Source: Acidimicrobiales bacterium (GTDB lineage: Bacteria; Actinomycetota; Acidimicrobiia; Acidimicrobiales; JABEUL01). From it: a DNA stretch of 50,063 nucleotides. Positions 47,583 through 50,063 of the stretch are shown piece after piece. The first letter of the stretch is position 1, and each line of letters begins with the position of its first letter. The position numbers were made by a program, and so were the translations under genes. The notes below the pieces were generated by a model. That model was not told the origin of the DNA, ran no database searches, and worked only from the letters and a program-made list of their open reading frames with translations. The stretch covers positions 1 to 50,063 of the forward strand of contig DAHXLF010000002.1 of the NCBI GenBank assembly GCA_027371755.1, given 5' to 3'.

Positions 47583-47913
47583 GTCTTAAATTTTAACAGA
47601 CCAAAGGACCAGAAGCTGTGCGACTTGTACTTTATTAAACTAAACCTAAAAATACTTATATTCAATAATCCGCATGCCGTTCTTACGAACAGCATGAATA
47701 CAGTAAATTTTCTAAACAATCAATTCGATCTACGCTCATTTAATTTACCTTAGGCCCTTGAACAAAATGGGGCCGCAATCTCTTTCGATAAGGTAGGGTT
47801 GAGTTTGTTTACTGTCTGAATTTTGCGATGCCTACAGCCGGCGTTCATTGCGTATTCAAAACGATGAGATGAGTTTTGGTGACATAACGAGTTTGAAACT
47901 ACTAATATTCTTC

Positions 47914-48215
47914 AAAGGGTGATTTATGGGGGTTCGGCTCCGATAAAGCCGACTCTAATAGCCGTATCACATATTTCAGGGTAGCCAACGGTTGGTCATA
48001 ACATTAGACTAGGGCACAAGTAAATAAGTGCCACCGAAAGGCCAGGGCTCGAAGCGGTACCCAGATCCACCGCCTTCTTAAAGTGAGTAATCCGGGTCAA
48101 AAGCCAAGTCGCGCACCTATTTTTCACAATCTGACCGGTTGGTTGAGGTGGCTTGATGACCTTTAATCTCAATCGAACTGGCAAGGCACAAGCCCCGTTC
48201 TAAAGGACGGGTAGG
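47914..48215. ncRNA. candidate structured RNA, family unassigned
   Basis: A block with stops in all six frames that looks more GC-rich than the surrounding spacer. Several clean helices: 47934-47939/47947-47952; 48013-48017/48028-48032; 48054-48058/48069-48073; 48101-48105 plus 48114-48117 pairing with 48147-48154; 48194-48200/48205-48211 with a TAAA loop. Partial resemblance to RNase P class A motifs on the + strand, but the GAGGAAAGUCC hallmark is absent. Confidence 0.3.
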
Positions 48216-48298
48216 TTCGCATATAAATTGGTGCGATGGATTATTTGCAAATCGGCAAACTAAGATTAAGTTAACTAATTTTTAGGAGTTAACCTCAG

Positions 48299-49561
48299 AT
48301 GTCTGTTATGTGCATAAGTTACCGCATGCAAAATCTTAATGAGATTGAAGCGGAACGAATAATTTTAGATGAGACTAAAGTTAGATCTGTTTTAGAGGAT
48401 CTGCTGTCATCAACTGAGATCTTTGAAGCAGTTGTCTTGTCAACGTGCCTAAGAACTGAAGTTTATGCCGACCTGGATAGATTTCACGTTGGAATCGAGA
48501 ATATCTATAGGGTATTGTCGAAGCATACTCAGATTGACGAAGAGATGCTGGCTCGAACCGGAACGGTATTCCTGGATGATCAAGCGGTGCTCCACCTGTT
48601 TAAAGTTACTTCGGGTTTGGACTCAATTGTCGTAGGCGAAGGAGAGATTCTTGGGCAAGCTAAATATGCTTATGTCATGGCTCAAGGATTAAAGTGTGTC
48701 GGGCCTCAATTAAATCTTCTTTTTAAACAGGCTTTCGAGGTTGGTAAGCAAGTTCGTCAAGATACTCAGCTTTCATCGGGGATAACTTCGATGGCCCATG
48801 CATCAGTAGCCATTGCGTCTTCGCATGTTGGCGAGGACTTTTCTTCTAAAGTCGTAGCCGTATTGGGAGCGGGGCAGATGGGTAAGACAGTCGTTAAAGC
48901 TCTTATGCAGCGCTATCAGATTAAAGATATTACTTTAATAAACAGGACTTTAGACAAAGCCAAGATGCTTGCGGATGAATTTTCAGTTAAGTTTGAAGAG
49001 TTCGAAAATCTAGGTAAAGTAATTTCGAATTCGGACGTACTTTTTGTAGCAACTTCTGCTCCCGAAGTTATATTGGGTGAAGTTGTTATGACTAAAGCTA
49101 TGGAAACTAAAGTTACTCCGATGGTCGTCAGTGATTTATCGGTTCCAAGAAACGTTGCAACCGAAGTAGCTTACGTCAAAGGAGTCACATTATTCGATAT
49201 TAATGACGTAACCCGATTTGTGGAGAAGACTAAAGAGGCGAAGCAGTTTGCGGTGCATCAGGCCCAAGAGATAATAAATGAAAAGCTTTTAGAGCATAGA
49301 GAAGCATTAAAATTTAAAGGTGTGGATTCATTGGTCTCTGATATAGTCGAACAGTTTAACGATATAAAAAGCGAATTTATGAAAAAGCGACTAAAAGATA
49401 AAACAACTTTTAGCAAAGATGAGGTTGAGGTTCTGCTGAATCAACTTACAGCGTCAGTTGTCCACTTACCTGTTTCCAGAATAAAAGAAAATTTGCGTGA
49501 ATCAAAAGATCAACGATTTTTTGAAGCGGTCAGATATCTATTTAACCTGGAAGAATATTAA
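48299..49561 (+). CDS. hemA: glutamyl-tRNA reductase
   Basis: VVLSTCLRTEVY (catalytic Cys region), GEGEILGQ, and VLGAGQMGK (NADPH site). AGGAG lies 10 nt upstream. Confidence 0.9.
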   Translation: MSVMCISYRMQNLNEIEAERIILDETKVRSVLEDLLSSTEIFEAVVLSTCLRTEVYADLDRFHVGIENIYRVLSKHTQIDEEMLARTGTVFLDDQAVLHLFKVTSGLDSIVVGEGEILGQAKYAYVMAQGLKCVGPQLNLLFKQAFEVGKQVRQDTQLSSGITSMAHASVAIASSHVGEDFSSKVVAVLGAGQMGKTVVKALMQRYQIKDITLINRTLDKAKMLADEFSVKFEEFENLGKVISNSDVLFVATSAPEVILGEVVMTKAMETKVTPMVVSDLSVPRNVATEVAYVKGVTLFDINDVTRFVEKTKEAKQFAVHQAQEIINEKLLEHREALKFKGVDSLVSDIVEQFNDIKSEFMKKRLKDKTTFSKDEVEVLLNQLTASVVHLPVSRIKENLRESKDQRFFEAVRYLFNLEEY

Positions 49562-49591
49562 AAGTCCTATAGTCATATATCCCAAGTATTA

Positions 49592-50063
49592 ATGAATATA
49601 AAAATAGGTACTCGAAAAAGTCCGTTGGCACTTTACCAGGCACAATTTGTGGCCGATCTTTTGGAAAATCTTGATTCTTCAATAAGCTGCGAATTGGTGG
49701 GAATTGATTCTACGGGGGACATCGATCAGTCAAGTTCCCTCTTTAAAATAGGCGGGCAGGGAATATTTGTTACGGCTATCAGAGAAGCCGTAGTCGATAA
49801 AAGAGTGGATATTGCAGTTCACAGTGCCAAAGATATTCCGTCTGGCAACGTAGAACAATTAGTAATCGCAGCTTATCCAATCAGGGCGGATGTTCGTGAC
49901 GTGTTGGTTGGCAAATCTATTTCAGATCTCGAACATGGCGATGTTGTAAGGACAGGTTCGGCCAGACGGGTGTTGCAATTATCTCATCTGAAAGACGGCT
50001 TGTGTTTTGAGGAACTGCGCGGGAATATACAAACGAGATTAAATAAAATTCCAAACAACGGTT
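49592..50063 (+). CDS. hemC: hydroxymethylbilane synthase (porphobilinogen deaminase), 3'-truncated by the window end
   Basis: Hand translation gives MNIKIGTRKSPLALYQAQFVADLL...STGD...IGGQGIFVTAIREAVVDKRVDIAVHSAKDIP. There is no stop before position 50063. Confidence 0.9.
   Translation, partial: MNIKIGTRKSPLALYQAQFVADLLENLDSSISCELVGIDSTGDIDQSSSLFKIGGQGIFVTAIREAVVDKRVDIAVHSAKDIPSGNVEQLVIAAYPIRADVRDVLVGKSISDLEHGDVVRTGSARRVLQLSHLKDGLCFEELRGNIQTRLNKIPNNG

Noticed and set aside
47768-47950. tmRNA-like signals on the + strand. GGGGCCGCAATCTCTTTCGATAAGG resembles a tmRNA 5' end. CGGCTCC at 47935-47941 could pair with it, giving a 7-bp acceptor stem with a G3-U wobble.
   Set aside because: There is no T-arm adjacent to the putative 3' acceptor strand, no ACCA or A discriminator, and no plausible tag ORF ending in a hydrophobic ..AA motif. 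The span of about 180 nt is too short. A similar GGGG...TTCGA pattern also occurs on the opposite strand (48196 downward) with an AAAAATAG tract but again no 3' tRNA-like end, which suggests chance resemblance.
47996-48184. 62-aa ORF on the minus strand inside the structured intergenic block.
   Set aside because: No start context, an odd composition, and no recognisable family. It lies entirely within the hairpin-rich region, which is better explained as RNA.
1-50063. CRISPR arrays, rRNA genes, prophage or integrase genes, and known defence or toxin-antitoxin modules.
   Set aside because: No spaced direct repeats of 24-40 nt, no rRNA-like conserved blocks, and no recombinase, RT, nuclease-helicase or small paired toxin-antitoxin ORFs were seen. 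The only repeats are 7-16 bp tandem duplications, palindromes and the coding repeats of one gene.

Overview
This 50 kb window looks like a chromosomal segment of a low-GC Actinomycetota-like genome. Lineage evidence: two short, easily overlooked ORFs matching the actinobacterial ribosomal proteins bL37 and bS22, an F420-type luciferase-like oxidoreductase, a soluble acyl-ACP desaturase, and the syntenies rsmI..metG-tatD-rsmA-ispE and hemA-hemC. The left third (about 1-17 kb) is accessory or cell-envelope in character. It holds two decayed IS fragments (ISL3 and IS630 families) bracketing a two-gene cassette (glutamic-peptidase-like protein plus a membrane-anchored partner). It also holds an orphan 140-aa gene in about 0.5 kb non-coding flanks, a 14-repeat two-cysteine propeller-like surface protein, a YVTN-propeller/phosphoesterase fusion, a YfhO-like polytopic membrane protein, and a GT4-methyltransferase-prenyltransferase-fold operon. 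The rest is mostly housekeeping: PAS-GGDEF-EAL, pepN, PfkB kinase, GDPD, ychF, rsmI, metG, tatD, rsmA, ispE, tRNA-Gln, rmlC, oligopeptidase B, hemA and hemC. Points worth a second look: an APC-type permease with two independent lesions (a 16-bp tandem duplication at the start codon and an in-frame TAA), recurrent perfect 12-16 bp tandem duplications, palindromic operator-like arrays, and a stop-codon-dense, hairpin-rich intergenic block of about 300 nt upstream of hemA that I could not assign to an RNA family. I saw no CRISPR array, rRNA, integrase, prophage or recognisable defence genes. All functional calls come from motif recognition by eye and need database confirmation.
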